Shown: positions 26,065-40,564 of the stretch, one piece after another
Layout of the letters: each line of letters begins with the position of its first letter
Position numbering within the stretch: position 1 is the first letter of the stretch
NCBI GenBank assembly: GCA_050273025.1
Contig: CP158635.1
Span: forward strand, 5,456,001-5,520,000
Length of the DNA stretch: 64,000 nt
Source of the DNA: Cenococcum geophilum
Lineage: Eukaryota
Direction: 5' to 3'
The notes under the pieces: model-generated
The model's database searches: none
Seen by the model: the letters and a program-made list of their open reading frames with translations, nothing else
What the model was told of the DNA's origin: nothing
Made by a program: the position numbers and the translations under genes

Positions 26065-26225
26065 GGTATAGTATTCCCATCTTTAATTTAATAACCTTTA
26101 TTATTTTTAATGCCTTTTATTAGATCTTTTATATCTAACTATTATAATTAGCTAGTAACTATAATTTTTTTATTTAGTAAAGTTATACTATTCTATTCTT
26201 ATTATATAGAGAAAAAATTAGTATA

Positions 26226-29200
26226 TATTGGGAATAAAGGCAAGTGGTCACTATATAAGGCATATTGCCGTTATATGTGGTAAGTTGCCGTTATATGCGG
26301 CAGGTTGCCGTTACGTGTTGCCGCGGCACTAGCGTGGCGAGGAGCCTTAAACTCCTCGCCCTCCCTTATTAAGATATAAGAAGAATAATTATTATACTAT
26401 CTATAAACCGTAGCTATGTAATATTACCTTATATAACTAATACTAATTAGTAGTTAACTTTACTATTATACTACAGAGTAGCTAGGTATTCCACTAAGAA
26501 GAGATAAGCCACTATACTAGTGCTACTTATGCTAGAGGAAGCTGTCTTTTAAGGTTAGAACTGGTCCTAAACCTTAAATAGAACTCTTCTATAAATCTAA
26601 GGATCTAAAGGCTAAAACTAGTCCTAAGCCTTTCTAAGATTATAGATTTTTACGTTTATTACGTAGAATAACACGCTTTATAAGTCTTTGTAATTTAAGG
26701 CTAGAACTAGTCCTAAACCCTATAACCGTAAATATATGTTATAAACGCATACTAAACGACAATCCCTATACTAATAATACTTCCCTCCCTCCGAAAATAT
26801 GGCTACGCCTACTTTAAATAACTAGAAAGACTCCTTACTACTAGGGGTAGCTAAGCACATAAAACTTATTAATAAAGATTAGGACGAATTCGCCTTTAAT
26901 ATAACAACTTATACCGCAAAATAAGTTAACGGCTTTCTTTTACACTATATTATATTCTACCGAAATAGATACTACGCCGATTTATAACTATAGGAGTATT
27001 TTAAGGAGGATTTTATAGGATGGACTGCTAATACCTAGGCACTTAGTAACGTTAATATTATTTAGGATTTTTAAGACTTCCTCTATAGGAATAGGGTATA
27101 TATTACTAAGAATAGTAACCTAATTGCTAGTAATATTTAGGCCGTTATTACTAGTATAGAAGAACTAATATAGACGGAAGTTAAGATTATACGTTAACTA
27201 TGGAAACCTAAAAACAACCTATATTCTTTAGAAGGCAACTTTAATTTATATTAAAACCCTTAGAACGCTAACCCCCTACCTAAAGCTGCTCTCCTACCTA
27301 GAGGTGCTCTCCTACTTAGAGTTGCTTCGCCTTTACCCCCTTTACTCTAGCTAACTAGTAAGCCTCTATTATAAGAGGTTACAAATTTAATAAAGGTATA
27401 TTTAGACGAAGAAAAGAAGTTTAAAGGAGAACTATATAATATGCTTAGAGCAAAACTATAGGTCTTTTATAACTGTTGTAATAAGGTTAGAATTTAATAC
27501 TACTAGTACTACTATGCTTTCTCCATTATATTAAAGGGACGGGTAGTAATATTCTATTATAACTATATTACGGGTAAAAACTATAACTTTAATATAATAC
27601 TTTAGCTTACTAAAGCCTACTTTAAGACTAATAAGAATTGTTAACTTTATATATCTAAATAGCGGGAGACTATATTCTAGAGAGTTATTACTTCTAACCT
27701 AATAAAGACTTATTTAGAGTGCCTTTAACTACTCTTTAATAAACTCTAGAAAATCTAATATAGCCTTACTAAAACCTACTAAAATAAGAATAGCCTAAGG
27801 GACTAGGTTATCTTAGTATGCTATAGCGTTTTTAAGTATAACTTAGCGCTATATAAACCTATAGATATATTTAAAGGAGTATATACTAAGCTACGCTTTG
27901 CTATAGGTACTATAATATAAATATAAGAATCTTAATAGTTCTATACCGAAAACCCTACCTAACTAAGTATTCCTAACTAATACGATTATAACTAGACTAA
28001 TTAAATATATAGTAGCCGTAGTAGGGAATACGGAAGAGGGTATAATTAATATTAACTATAAGGTAATTATAGAGGTCCTTATAGAGGTTTATTTCAAAAT
28101 AATCGCTAAAAAAAGTGCTATATTTATAAGAAGCTAAATTGCTAGTTAACTAGACACTCCCTTAATAAGCGAAAGGAGATATATAATAAGTTCCGTTAGA
28201 GTATAAGAAATATTAAAAATTATAAGGTTACTATAGCCTACTTCTAAAGCTTCCTGGTTTAATATAAAGGCGTAAAAGATCTTAAGGGTAAGGTTAATAA
28301 GACCAAATAGCTTCTTATAGATATAGAAATTGAGGACTATTTACCTAACTAATACTTTACTAAGTATAGTAAGGTAGATGGTATACAAACTGTTGCTATT
28401 CTTAATAACTAATCTACGCTCCATTCTATTATAAAGTTAGATATCTTTAATAAGCTAAAGAAGAGCTCCGCGTTCTCCTTTAATAATAGATACTTAGCGA
28501 ATATCTTCTATAGTATTATACTAGATACTGGAGCCATAGGAGTATCTATAGTAGGAGAACCTTAAGTTTAAGCTCTCTAGCAGCTTAATAGCTCTATTTA
28601 AATCGACTAATTAACGGCAGGCTAATATATAATTTGTTTTAGCAAAGGTACTATAATTTCTCTTAGCATAATTAGGGTTTAAACCCCTTTAGGGTATATT
28701 ACCTTTTACGTTGTTCCTATAAATACCCTATTTTTATTTTGCATTAGAGATATAGATAAATTAGGCGTTAAGCTTAATAACCTTAAGAATGTACTTATTT
28801 AAGGAGATAATTAGGTACCCGTTATATGCAAATAGGGTTACCCCTAGTTACTCCTTTATTAACTAGAAAAGAGTATTACTTAAAGCTACTTAATTAAGTT
28901 AGAGTTACGCCAATTATACCATCGTTTTAGCTACCTATCCGTTTATTAATTACTTAGGGTTCTTTAGTAAGTAGGCTATAAAGTTAAGGTTAAGGTAATT
29001 AAGCATCTTATAAAGTATTACTATTACTACTAAATAAACTAGAAGTCCCCTAGCCGATTTAAGTTTACCCTTAAGGATAACTATAACTTTAACTTCTATA
29101 TTATTATTAATATTATATATTTTAGCGGTAAACTAGTGCTTTAAGTTATTAACTTCTTAACCTTCTTCTAAGACGCACGTTTTTTAAAAGATATATTAGC

Positions 29201-32200
29201 TAAAAACGCATAGGATACCCTTTAGTTATACTAGATTAATATTTATTTAGAACCCCCTAATTAAATTATCTATAATATAGAAAAGAACTTCTTATCTATA
29301 GAGTTCTAATAATAGATAAAGGTAATAGTAATTAAGGTTAAGGAAGTCCCCGTTAAGGCATATAATAGTATTAAAAAAGTAGAGTAATATTATGCGCTAT
29401 TACGCCATATATATAAGATTATCTCTTTAAAACTAAAGGATGCTAGCAAAGAACTTACCTTATAAATAGCTATTAAAGCTATTAACGATTCCGCTAGCCT
29501 AGATAGACTTATACCTATATTACTAGTCTTTAGCGCCTACCCTTAAATAACTAATAATTCTTTATTATCTCCCTCCATTATATAATAAGCCGAGGCTATT
29601 TATAAGGCAATAAAGGAGGTGCGACGTCTTTACGCTATACGCTAGGTTAATAACGCACTAGGAATAAGAAATAGCCTAAATACCTTAACTACGCTTAATC
29701 TACCACTTTAGTCTAAAGTACGCGTATAGCGTAAAAAGGGAGGATAGTTAGGCCTATACTAACTCATTATAATTAATAGTTAAACTTATACTATTTAAAT
29801 GCCTTATAGACCCACTTAATTCCATTTAACTGTTATTAAGCCTTATTATAAAGATAATAATTCTAAGCCTTTATAGGATGCCCTAGAAGATACTTTAGAG
29901 GAGAACTATAATTAACGTGCTCTAGAAGGCGACTACAATCCTAATATAATTATAGTAGATACGCCACAACTATAACGCGGTAGAGGTCGCCTAAAGGGAT
30001 TATAAAATTACTAATATCTTATTAATTTTAAAGAACAATTTATTGCTGCTATTAAGAATAAAGTTAAGTTATTAATGGCCTTTATAATAGCCAAAGAGAA
30101 GGCTAACTTTAAGCTTATAAAATAGCTTTAAAAAGAAGGTTATATTATAACCCTAAGAGCTCCTTTCTAAGTATCTAATAAGCAGGAGATTAACGGTCTT
30201 ATTATAAGAGGAGTCTTTAAATTTAAGAAGTATAACCCTACTAAGTTTAATAAAGTTCGTATCTTTAAGTTAAGGATAGTTAATGAGATTAAGGGCAAGG
30301 CTATTAACGCCCTATTTAAGAAATTAAGGCTTATTATCTAAGGTTATAATAATAATAGTAAGGAGATAATTCTTATATAATCTCCTATAATTTAACAAGC
30401 TAGTTAACGAGTTATTATTATATTAGCTCTCTCTTTAATAAAGAATAGAATGGCGGTCTATTTATAAGATATTACCTAGGCCTACACCTAATTAAAGACG
30501 CACCTTTAGCACTTAATATTAGCACACCTTCCAGAGCAAATTCGCCACTAATATCCTAAAGATACGATTATAGTTATGCTTAAGCCATTATACGAAATCG
30601 CAGAGGTAGGAACTTATTAGTGGGCTACCTATAATAAGCACCATAAAGAAAAGCTTTTAATAACTATATCTATATTCAATCCTTACTTCCTTATTATAAC
30701 TATAGGAACTTTGTTTAGAATTATTGGTATATAGACTAATAATATAATTATCTTAGAAGATGACTAATTCTTAGCTCTTAAAGAAGATAAGCTAGTAAAG
30801 GCAAATCTTATAGCAAAGCCAAATAAAAGCTTAATTTAATAACACTATTACTCTTTAATAAATATATCCTCTCCCTAAATAAGGGTTCCATTACTTTACG
30901 CCAAAAGGGTTAAGGTAAGAAGATTAACGTTATTAACGTTAATTCTCTAAAGTAGGGATATATAGAGCAACGTGCTTACGGAGCTTATATTACTTCTATC
31001 TATTAACCTAAGGCTTTATTTAATCTTTCTGTTATGGCTTAATACTAGGAACTAACTAAGGATAATATCCTTATCCTAAATAAGCGTCTTTTTTAGTAAA
31101 TAAACCATCTTAATCGGGGACTACTCTATATGCCTATTAATCTTCCCACCGCTAAGCTCTTTATATTTATTAATAGATCGTTTATAAATAATAAAGTTTT
31201 TAGTTTTTAGTTAGGATATAAGATTATTATTACAAATAAATCTATTAGAGAGAATAACTTTACAATCTACGGCAACCTTATTTATTAGAGCTTAACTAAG
31301 AATAAGCGTGTTATTTAAAGCGTTTTAGCGTTAGAGATATATAGAATAGTTGGCGGAGTTAATATAGTAATTACAATTAGAACTACCTTAAAGATAATTA
31401 TAGATTAACTCGAACTTCCTATTATCCCTATAATCGTATACACCGACTTATATTCCCTTTATAAGTATTTAGTTAAGCTTAGTACTATAAAGGAGAAGCG
31501 CCTTATAATCGATATTATAGCACTTTAGCAATCCTATAAGTATTAAGAACTCTTTAAAATTTAATAAATTAATAGCTAAGATAACCTAGTAGATATAATA
31601 ATAAAGGCAAACCCAAATAAGGCACTAGAGACGTTTATTAACATAAATACTCTACGTGTAAAAGTTAAAGGTTAGGTTAAAAGGGAGTCCCTAGAAATTT
31701 CTTAGTTATGTAAGGTCTTAAAATATCTAGGAACTTTAACCGGCGGTTAAAGTTATTTAATTAGTTAGATTCTCTTACTAAGACTTTTTTAAAGGGGGGA
31801 GTATAATAGTCTATAGACCCTAACTTAACCTAGTTAATTAAGATTTTCTATCCCTAGGATAGAAAATCGCTATTAGCTCGCTTACTACTAGTGCCTTAGC
31901 GGCCCTCCGAATAAAATACCTACCCATAACTTATAAGTAAAAAAGCACTACGTACTAAGAGGCAAATTTTAGGATAGTAAGACTTATATTATAATGGTAA
32001 TAGTAAATAAGGAGGATTAATATTTGTTTTAATAGTTAAGCGGTATATATATATAGATAGCAACTATAAAAGAAGAGTTGCTAGTGTTAGGAATAAAGGC
32101 AAGTAGTTACTATATAAGGTATATTGCCGTTATATATAGTAAGTTGCCGTTACGTGCGGCAAGTTGCCGTTACGTGTTGCCGCGGCACTAGCGTGGCGAG

Positions 32201-32301
32201 GAGCTTTAAACTCCTTGCCCTCCCTTATTAAGATATAAGAAGAACAATTATTATACTATCTACGAACCGTAGCTACGTGATATTACCTTGTGTAACCAAC
32301 A
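26226..32301 (+). mobile_element. Full-length GalEa-type Copia retrotransposon #2
   Basis: 217-bp LTRs (26226-26442, 32085-32301) and TSD GTATA. De-RIP motifs MPDTGAAGVST, RQLHRRFGHPSV, KPLYGIAEAGTHWW, GMQTDD, EKRLMIDIMALRQ. Confidence 0.92.
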
Positions 32302-34214
32302 GTATATATTATAATCGCGGCTCTATCTAGTTACTAGCCTTTTTTATATACTAAGTATATAAAAGCGAATATAAAATCGTCCTATAATATTTAATCTGTC
32401 CTTAACGCTAAATATATACGTTTTATTATTTTTTATAACTATCTAGTTCCTTATCTAATCTATTTTAGGGTTTTATATTTAATTTAAGGCGTCCCGCCTT
32501 AAGAATAAACTAGTATTAGCCCTTACTAAAATATAAAAGCTTTAAGATAATAGGGAGCGGATTTATGCTAAAGAGTAGAAAGTATTTAAAGCTTAATAGA
32601 CTGCTTATACTTAGTTAGTCCGTTTTAAAAAGGTATACTTAAAAAAGTAGCGTCTTACTAAATAAGGTCTCCGTAAACTTAAGGCTAAAAAGGCTAAAAA
32701 GGATTCTAATTAAGAAAAGGCAGAAATAACTAATATATTAATAGTAGATCCCCTAGATACCCTAACTCGTCTATTATCTTTAATTAATTATTTTAGTTTT
32801 AGCTCCTTCTTAATATTATATAACCTATTTTCTTCTAATACTCCTATACCTTTCCTATAGCGTTTTTTAAGTTATATAGTAGCTCCTAGGTAGTTTTATT
32901 ATAGTCTATCTACTTAACCTTATACTATATTTTATTATTAATATCCTTATAACTAACAATCTTTAAAACTTACTATTTATCTTTTTCTTACCCATTATAT
33001 ATATCTACTTTATAAACCAGTGGCTTAATATTCCTATATAATAGCTCTAGTATCGTAATATACTATATAGGGTAGATCTTTATTTTAGCTAGTAGGTTTA
33101 ACTTAAATATAACTAGTAAAATTCTTTATATAATTTTAAAAGGTTCTAGTCTAATATAGTCTAGTAGTCATTAAGCGTTTTACCGTAATTTACTATTAGA
33201 TACTGCAAATTTATTATAAAACACGCGGTTTACACAAATCGCTAATAACTATATACGACCGCCGCAACCCTATATTTTGTAGCAATTTGCTATAAACTGT
33301 AAAAACTAGCCTAAAAAATCCTAATATAGGTCACCCCCTATTAGGTTTGTTATAGTATTATATCTTTCTATATATCGACCTACCTTTAAGTCTACTACGA
33401 CCCTTTTATATTGCGAAGACTTTCTAGCTATGTTACGTGTATTAGTTTTAGGGTATATTATGCCGTAGATTTAATTAAAAGTAGTTATTTCTTTATTAAG
33501 TAAGTAGTGGACGTATTCTACTACTATAGCGGCTTTATATATATATATTAGCGGTTTAACTAATAAAGTGGTAAAATATTTAAATATATTTATAGCTTAG
33601 CTATAAGTAGTATTTATAAGGGGACTTTATAGATAGGGAGCTATAAGGTATAATTATAGGAATAGATAGATTATAGAGGAGATAAATCCTTAAGGGGGTA
33701 AGGCCTCTAAGATTGTAGAGACTATATACTATAGGCATATACCTCTGGCATATAATCAACGCTATTTAAGGGATGCCTAGGGGTTGTCTTAAGGGCAACC
33801 TAAGGTAACCGCAATAATATCCTTTACAGTATTATAATATAAAGGGATTTTATAGATAGGGAGCTATTAAAGTATAATTATAAAATAAAATAGACTAAAG
33901 AGAGATAAATCCTTAAAAATCAAGGCTTTTAGAATTAAAGAGAACTTAAACCTATAAAGGATAGGCTAAATAGCCTTTTTAGATAATAAACTTATTAACT
34001 AATAGTTTTTAAATAGTCTTAGTCATATTTTTTAGTATGCAATTATTTAAAACTTAAAGAGGTCTAAATGTCTATAATAAAGGAAATATTCATCTTTATA
34101 AAAATTATATTTATTAGCTAAGTAACGTAGGTAATAGGGTTATAACGGTCGGTATAAGTATAACGGTTCCTACCAAATTTCGTCTATGCGCAGTTTTAAT
34201 ATTCTAAACTATTA

Positions 34215-34983
34215 CAGTCCCTCGTCAAAAGTCTCCGTGCGAGCGCATTTTTTAGACAACCTACCTTGCTAAATTACTATATAATAACCACATAATTAAT
34301 TCTAAAGCTATAAAAAATATTTAAAGTTTATATTATATATAAAATCTAGCTATTATACCCTTTTTTAAAATTTAAAATCTATAACTCCTTTAGAAATCCT
34401 ATTAATTCTTTCCTAAAATCTAAAATCTATAATATATATTTTCTACTACTAAATATTAAAATTATTTTTTAAAAATTTCATATCTTATAGATATTTAGGT
34501 TTACTATAACTTTTTTTACTTATAATTTTATTTTAAAAGTGTGAAAGTTTATTATAACCCTTTGTACCCTTAATTTTTCAAATTTGTATGGGAAATTGCA
34601 TTTTTTTACTCTTTTTTAAGTTTATAACCTTATAATAATTTTTTATACTTTTTAATTAAAAATTTAAATAGAGAGAGTTTTAATAAAGCAAATCCCTATA
34701 AGATATTAAATTTTTAAGCAATATTTTTAATATCTAGTAATAGAAAATATATGCTTAATGTAGTAAGTTTTAGTAGGAAGTCGGTAAAACCTAGAGACTT
34801 TTAATAAAGGACTATAGATTTTAAATGCTAAAAAAGTATCGCGATTACTAGATTATATATCTGTAAGTAGCTTTAGATATTTTTTTAAGCTCTAGAATTA
34901 ATTATGTGACTTTTATATAGTATTTTAGCAAAAAGTGTCATTTTTAGCGTGACCTCGGCACGGACACTTTTGACGAGGGACTG
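34215..34983. mobile_element. Tc1/mariner-type foldback MITE (769 bp)
   Basis: TIRs CAGTCCCTCGTCAAAAGT(C/G)TCCGTGC with TA TSDs. The internal AT-rich halves are also imperfect inverted repeats, and there is no ORF. Confidence 0.9.
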
Positions 34984-37900
34984 TATATATCGGGAATAAG
35001 GCAAGCGGTCGTCACGTATCGTCACGTGTCGCCGCGGCACTAGCGTGGTGAGGAACCTTAGGTTCCTCACCTACCCCCTAATTCTAAACAATAAGCTTTA
35101 TTAACCAACATCACTATAACCCTACTCAAGTAGTCGTTATTAGTAAGTCACCCTATATAACCAACACTAATCAGTGGTTGAATATACAGTCAACTATAGA
35201 GCAGCTAGGTTATTAACAGAAGAGATAATCTTATATAGGGGTGCTATATGCGCTTATATGTATAGATCCCAGCGATACTATACTACCTTAGACTTGCGGA
35301 AAACTAGTAACAGAAGTGTTATTGAGTACTAGGAGATACCAAGTTGCGTCTATTATGTAGAACAATCACGTTTATAAAGATTTGGTCGAGTACTTTAGGT
35401 TAGAAGTGTTACTAAACCTAAAGTCCTAAGTTGACGTCCGAAACGCGTTAAACAATATCTTAAATTGCCCACCTTTAGATAGCAAACCTACGAGATTCTA
35501 TAAAACCGAAAATCCTGCCTATCTTTAATATATAACACCTTGTCGATTCTACCTACTATAGCGTTAATCTATTTAAAGAAGTATAAGAAAGATATTAACC
35601 TGGAGATATAGGACAGAGCTATAACTAACTTTATAACCGCCAAGTAATAGAACCTAAATAGATTCTTAGTATACTGTATAGAACACTATAAAGACAGCAA
35701 ATATAATAATACCGCGCTATAGTATTATATAAAGGAGGACTTTATTAGATAGATAAAGGAAACATAGGTTCCTATAAATAAAGATATTATATAGGACTTC
35801 CGTAACTTCCTTTAAGAGTATAGAGTATTTGTCCCTATAGATGGGGGTAGTATTAAAGACAATATTTAGGAACACGTTATTAATATAAAGGAAGAGTATA
35901 AATAGACTCTATAAGAGATTAAGCACTAACTATATACTATAAAGAAGCTTAAATTATAATAGAACCTAAGTAATACACTACTAAAGACACGTTCTAACTC
36001 TATTGCTCTAGGCATAAGTTCTAATATTCTATATCTATCACCTTTACCTCTATTTTTAACTCCCCTATATTAACTAGCTTAACCTATAGCCTTAATTAAC
36101 AACCCCTAATAAGCGTAAGATCCCCTTACTTCGCGGTCTAATAACCTTTAAACTCCGCCAACTAGATCTATATTACTATTGTAGCCTATAATATAATACA
36201 GCCAAACACTAATTAGAGGCACCTTAAAAATACTTATAGAGCTTATAAAGCTCTATTTAGAATAGGAGAAGAAGTTTAGCGGAGAACTGTATAATATCCT
36301 TAATTTAAAGTTACGTATCTTCTACGACTATTGCTAGAAGGTTAGACTAGAACCTAATTAATACTATATTACTTATTTAGTTATGCTTAAGGGCCGAGCT
36401 AGTACCTTCTATTATAATCGTTTGGTAGGAAAAGGATATAATTTTAACCGAATAATATATAAAATAAGATACTACTTTAAAATAGAGGAGAATAAGCAGC
36501 AGTATATGTTAGAGTAGAGAGAGACTACCTTCCTAAAAATTATTGCTATAAACCTAGGTGCCTCTTAACTTAATTATCTTTAAAAGCTCTTTAATCAACT
36601 TTAGATAATTTAGCGTGGTTTATCTAAATTATATTAAGAGAACTTTAGCTTACGCGATTAAGTTATTAGCGTATATTAAGGTGTTAAAGAATATAACCTT
36701 ACTCTCTTTAACCCTATAAGTACTTATAAAGGAGTGTATACTTAATTAAGATCCTCTATTAGCACTACCCTACGCTCTTAAAAAGTATAGTAATTTAACG
36801 CCTAACTCTAACCTACTTTAATTGACCTAGCTGACTAACACGATTATAACTAAACTGATTAAATATATAGTAGTTATAGTAGGGGATATAGTAGAGGGTA
36901 TAATTAATGTTAACTATAAAGCAATTATAGAGGTCCTTATAGAGGTTTATTTTGTAATAATTAGTAGAAGAAATACTACGTTTATAAGAAGCCAAATTGC
37001 TAGTTAACTAGATACCCCCTTAATAGATAAAAGAAGGCATATAATAAGTTTCGCTAGAGTATATAAAACGTTAGAAACTAAGAAGTTACTATAGCCTACT
37101 TCTAAAGCTTTTTGGTTTAATATAAAGGCGAAGAAGATCTTAAGGGTAAAATTAATGAGGCTGAACAGCTCCTTATGGATATAGAAATTAAGGACTACTC
37201 TTTTAACTAATACTTTACTAAGTATAGTAAGGTAAATGGCGCACAAACCATTGCTATCCTTAATGACTAATCTATACTCTATTCTATTATAAGGTTAAAT
37301 ATCTTTAATAAGCTAAAGGAAAGTTCCGCGTTCTTTTTTAATAATAAATACTCGGCAAACGTCTTTTATAGTATTATGCCAGATACTAGAGCCGCAGGAG
37401 TATCTATAGCAGGAGAACCTTAAGTCTAAGCTCTTTAGTAGCTTAATAGTTCTATCTAGATTAACTAATTAACGGTAGGCTAATATACAATTCGCTTTAG
37501 TAAGGGTACTATAATCTCTTTTGGCACAATTAAGGTCTAAACCCCATTAGGATATATCACTTTCTATATTATTCCCGCGAATACCCCGTTCCTATTCTAT
37601 ATCTAAGATATAGATAAATTAGGTATTAAGCTTAACAACCTTAAGAATATACTTGTTTAGGGAGATAATTAGGTGCCCGTCGTACGCAAGTAGGGTCACC
37701 CTTAGTTGCTCCTTTAATAGCCAGAAAGGAGCGTTGCTTAGAGTCACTTAACCAAGTTAGAGCTATATTAACTATATCGTCGTTTTAGCCACCTATCCGT
37801 TTACTAACTACTTAGGGTTTTTTAATAAGCAGGTTATAAAGTTAAGGTTAAGGCAATTAAACATCTTATAAAGTACTATTATTACTACTAAATAAACCAG

Positions 37901-39549
37901 AAGTCCCCCGGCCGATTTAAGTTTACCCTTAAAAATAACTACAACTTTAACTTCTATATTATTATAGATGTTATATATCTTAGCGGCAAGCCAGTACTCT
38001 AAGTTATTAACTTTTTAACCTCCTTTTAAGCCGTACGCTTTTTAAAAGATATATTAGCTAGGAATATATAGGATACTCTTTAATTATACTAGATTAATGT
38101 CTACCTAGAACCCCCTAATTAAATTGTTTATAACATAGGAAAGAACTTCTTATCTATAGAGTTTCGATAATAGGTAAAGGTAATAACAATTAAGGTTAAG
38201 GAAGTCCCTGTTAAGGTATATAATGGTGTTAAAAAGGTAGAATAATACCATACGCCATTACGCCGCATATATAAGATTATTTCTTTAAAACTAGAGGGTA
38301 CTAGCAAAGAGCTTATCCTATAAATGGCTGTTAAGGCTGTTAATAATACCGCTAGCCCAGATGGGCTTATACCTACATTACTAGTCTTTAGCGCTTACCC
38401 TTAAATAACTAACAATTCTCTACTATCTCCCTCTATTATGCAATAAGCTAAGGCGATTTATAAGGTAATAAAAGAGGTATAACGTCTCTACACTACGCGC
38501 CAGGTTAATAACGTACTAGGAATAAGAAATAGCCCAAATACCTTAATTATACTTAATCTACCACTCTAATCTAAGGTATGCGTATGGCGTAAAAAGGGAG
38601 GATAGTTAGGCCTATATAAACTTATTATAATTAATAGTTAGACTTATACTTTTTAGATACCCCATAAACCTACTTAATTCCATTTAACTGTCATTAAGCC
38701 TTACTATAAAGATAATAGTTCTAAGCCTTTATAGGATACCCCAGAAGATACCCTAGAAGATACCCTAAAGGAGAACCACAATTAATGTGCCCTAGAAGGC
38801 AACTATAACCCTAATATAACTATAGTAGATACGCCGCAACTATGACGCAGTAGAGGTCGCCCGAAGGGATTACAAAACTGCTAATACCTTATCAATTTTA
38901 AAGAGCAACTCATTACCACCATCAAGAATAGAGTTAAGCTATTAATGGCCTTTATAATAGCTAAAGAGAAGGCTAACTTTAAGCTCGTAAAATAGCTTTA
39001 AAAGAAAGGCCGTATTATAACTTTAGAAGCTCCTTTCTAAGCATCTAATAAGTAGGAGATTAACGGTCTTATTATAAGAAAAGTCTTTAAGTTTAAGAAG
39101 TATAACCCTACTAAGTTTAATAGGGTTCGCATATTTAGGTTAAGAATGATTAATAAGATTAAAGGTAAAGCTACCAATACCCCATTTAAGAAGTTAAGGC
39201 TAGTTATTTAAGGTTATAACAATAATAGTAAGGAAGTAATTTTTATATAATCCCCTATAATTTAACGAGCTAGTTAGCAAGTTATTATTGCGCTAGCTCC
39301 CTCTTTAATAAAGAATAGAATAGCGGTTTATTTATAAAATATTACCTAGGCCTATACCCAATCAGAGATACGCCTTTAGCGCTTAATACTAGCATACTTT
39401 CCAGAGCAAATTCGCCACCAATATCCCGAAGATACGATTATAGTTGTGCTTAAGCCACTATATAAAATCGTAAAGGCAGGAACTTATTACATCAGGAAAA
39501 TATTCGCAGGATGAGATTTAAGTAGACTTTGGTTTTCGCGTTTCGCGTA

Positions 39550-39965
39550 ATTAACATGCAATTTAATTAACTCAACACGCAATTAACCAACTTAACACGC
39601 AGTTAACCTACTTAATATACAATTTAACTAACTTAACACGCAGTTAACCTACTTAATATGCAATTTAACTAACTTAACATATAGTTAACCTACTTAACAT
39701 GCAATTTAACCAACTTAACACGTAGTTAACCTATTTAACATGTAATTTAACTAACTCAACACGCAGTTAACCTACTTAATATACAATTTAACTAACTTAA
39801 TACGCAGTTAACCTACTTAATATACAATTTAACCAACTTAACACGTAGTTAACCTACTTAATATATAATTTAACTAACTTAACACGCAGTTAACCTACTT
39901 AATATATAGTTAACCTACTTAATATACAATTTAACTAACTTAATATGCAGTTAACCTACTTAACA
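39550..39965. repeat. 21/42-bp tandem array (ACGCAGTTAACCTACTTAAT / ATGCAATTTAACCAACTTAAC)
   Basis: Alternating direct units seen directly. Confidence 0.9.
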
Positions 39966-40094
39966 ACTTTAAAAGCTAACTGTATATTTCTTAACGTGCG
40001 ATTAAGGTAAAGTTATATACTATATATTTAACTATTATATATAATCTTATACAATCTTATACAATCTTATACAATCTTATAGTCTTATTACTTG

Positions 40095-40436
40095 GAGGCT
40101 CTGCATAAGGCTCTACACGAAGCTCTACACGAAGCTCTGCGTACAGAGGCTCTGCACGAAGCTCTGCGCATAGAGGCTCTGCACAAAGCTCTGCACGAAG
40201 CTTCGCATAAGGCTCTACACGAGGCTCTACACGAAGCTCTGCGTACAGAGGCTCTGCACGAAGCTCTGCACGAAGCTCTGCACGAGGGTCTGCGCGAGGG
40301 TCTGCGCGAGGGTCTGCGCGAAGCTCTGCGTACAGAGGCTCTGCACGAGGCTCTGCGAGAAGCTCTGCGTACAGAGGCTCTGCACGAGGCTCTGCGCGAA
40401 GCTCTGCGTACAGAGGCTCTACACGAAGCTCTGCAT
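40095..40436. repeat. 12/15-bp tandem array (GAGGCTCTGCAC / GAAGCTCTGCGTACA)
   Basis: Direct units. They produce the EALH-repeat ORF 40092-40538. Confidence 0.9.
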
Positions 40437-40564
40437 CGGGTCCCCGCTATATTCCCGATAGCCTCTACACGTGCCTCTACCCTATGTAGCCACCTTATTT
40501 TTTACCCTTCCTTCCTTCTTTATATCCTCCCTACCTAGGGAGGCACCAGAACGGCAGCTAGTAG

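Larger units (their letters stand above)
13032..33165 (-). mobile_element. Gypsy/chromovirus copy B (same family as A): 3' end, 3' UTR and 3' LTR, hosting three LTR elements
   Basis: 32720-33165 is the reverse-complement homologue of 9630-10100. The PPT (GAGAAGGGGGGTAG on minus) abuts the LTR end at 19468. The LTR is 13032-13134 plus 19175-19468 and is homologous to 1-322. Confidence 0.75.

Noticed and set aside
20238..37246. Short minus-strand ORFs at 20238, 34885, 36813 and 37004
   Set aside because: They are antisense to RIPed retrotransposon sequence or span element junctions, and have AT-biased composition.
40092..40538. EALH-repeat ORF resembling a His-rich coiled-coil protein
   Set aside because: It is a by-product of a stop-free 12/15-bp satellite with a non-ATG start, inside a non-coding element.
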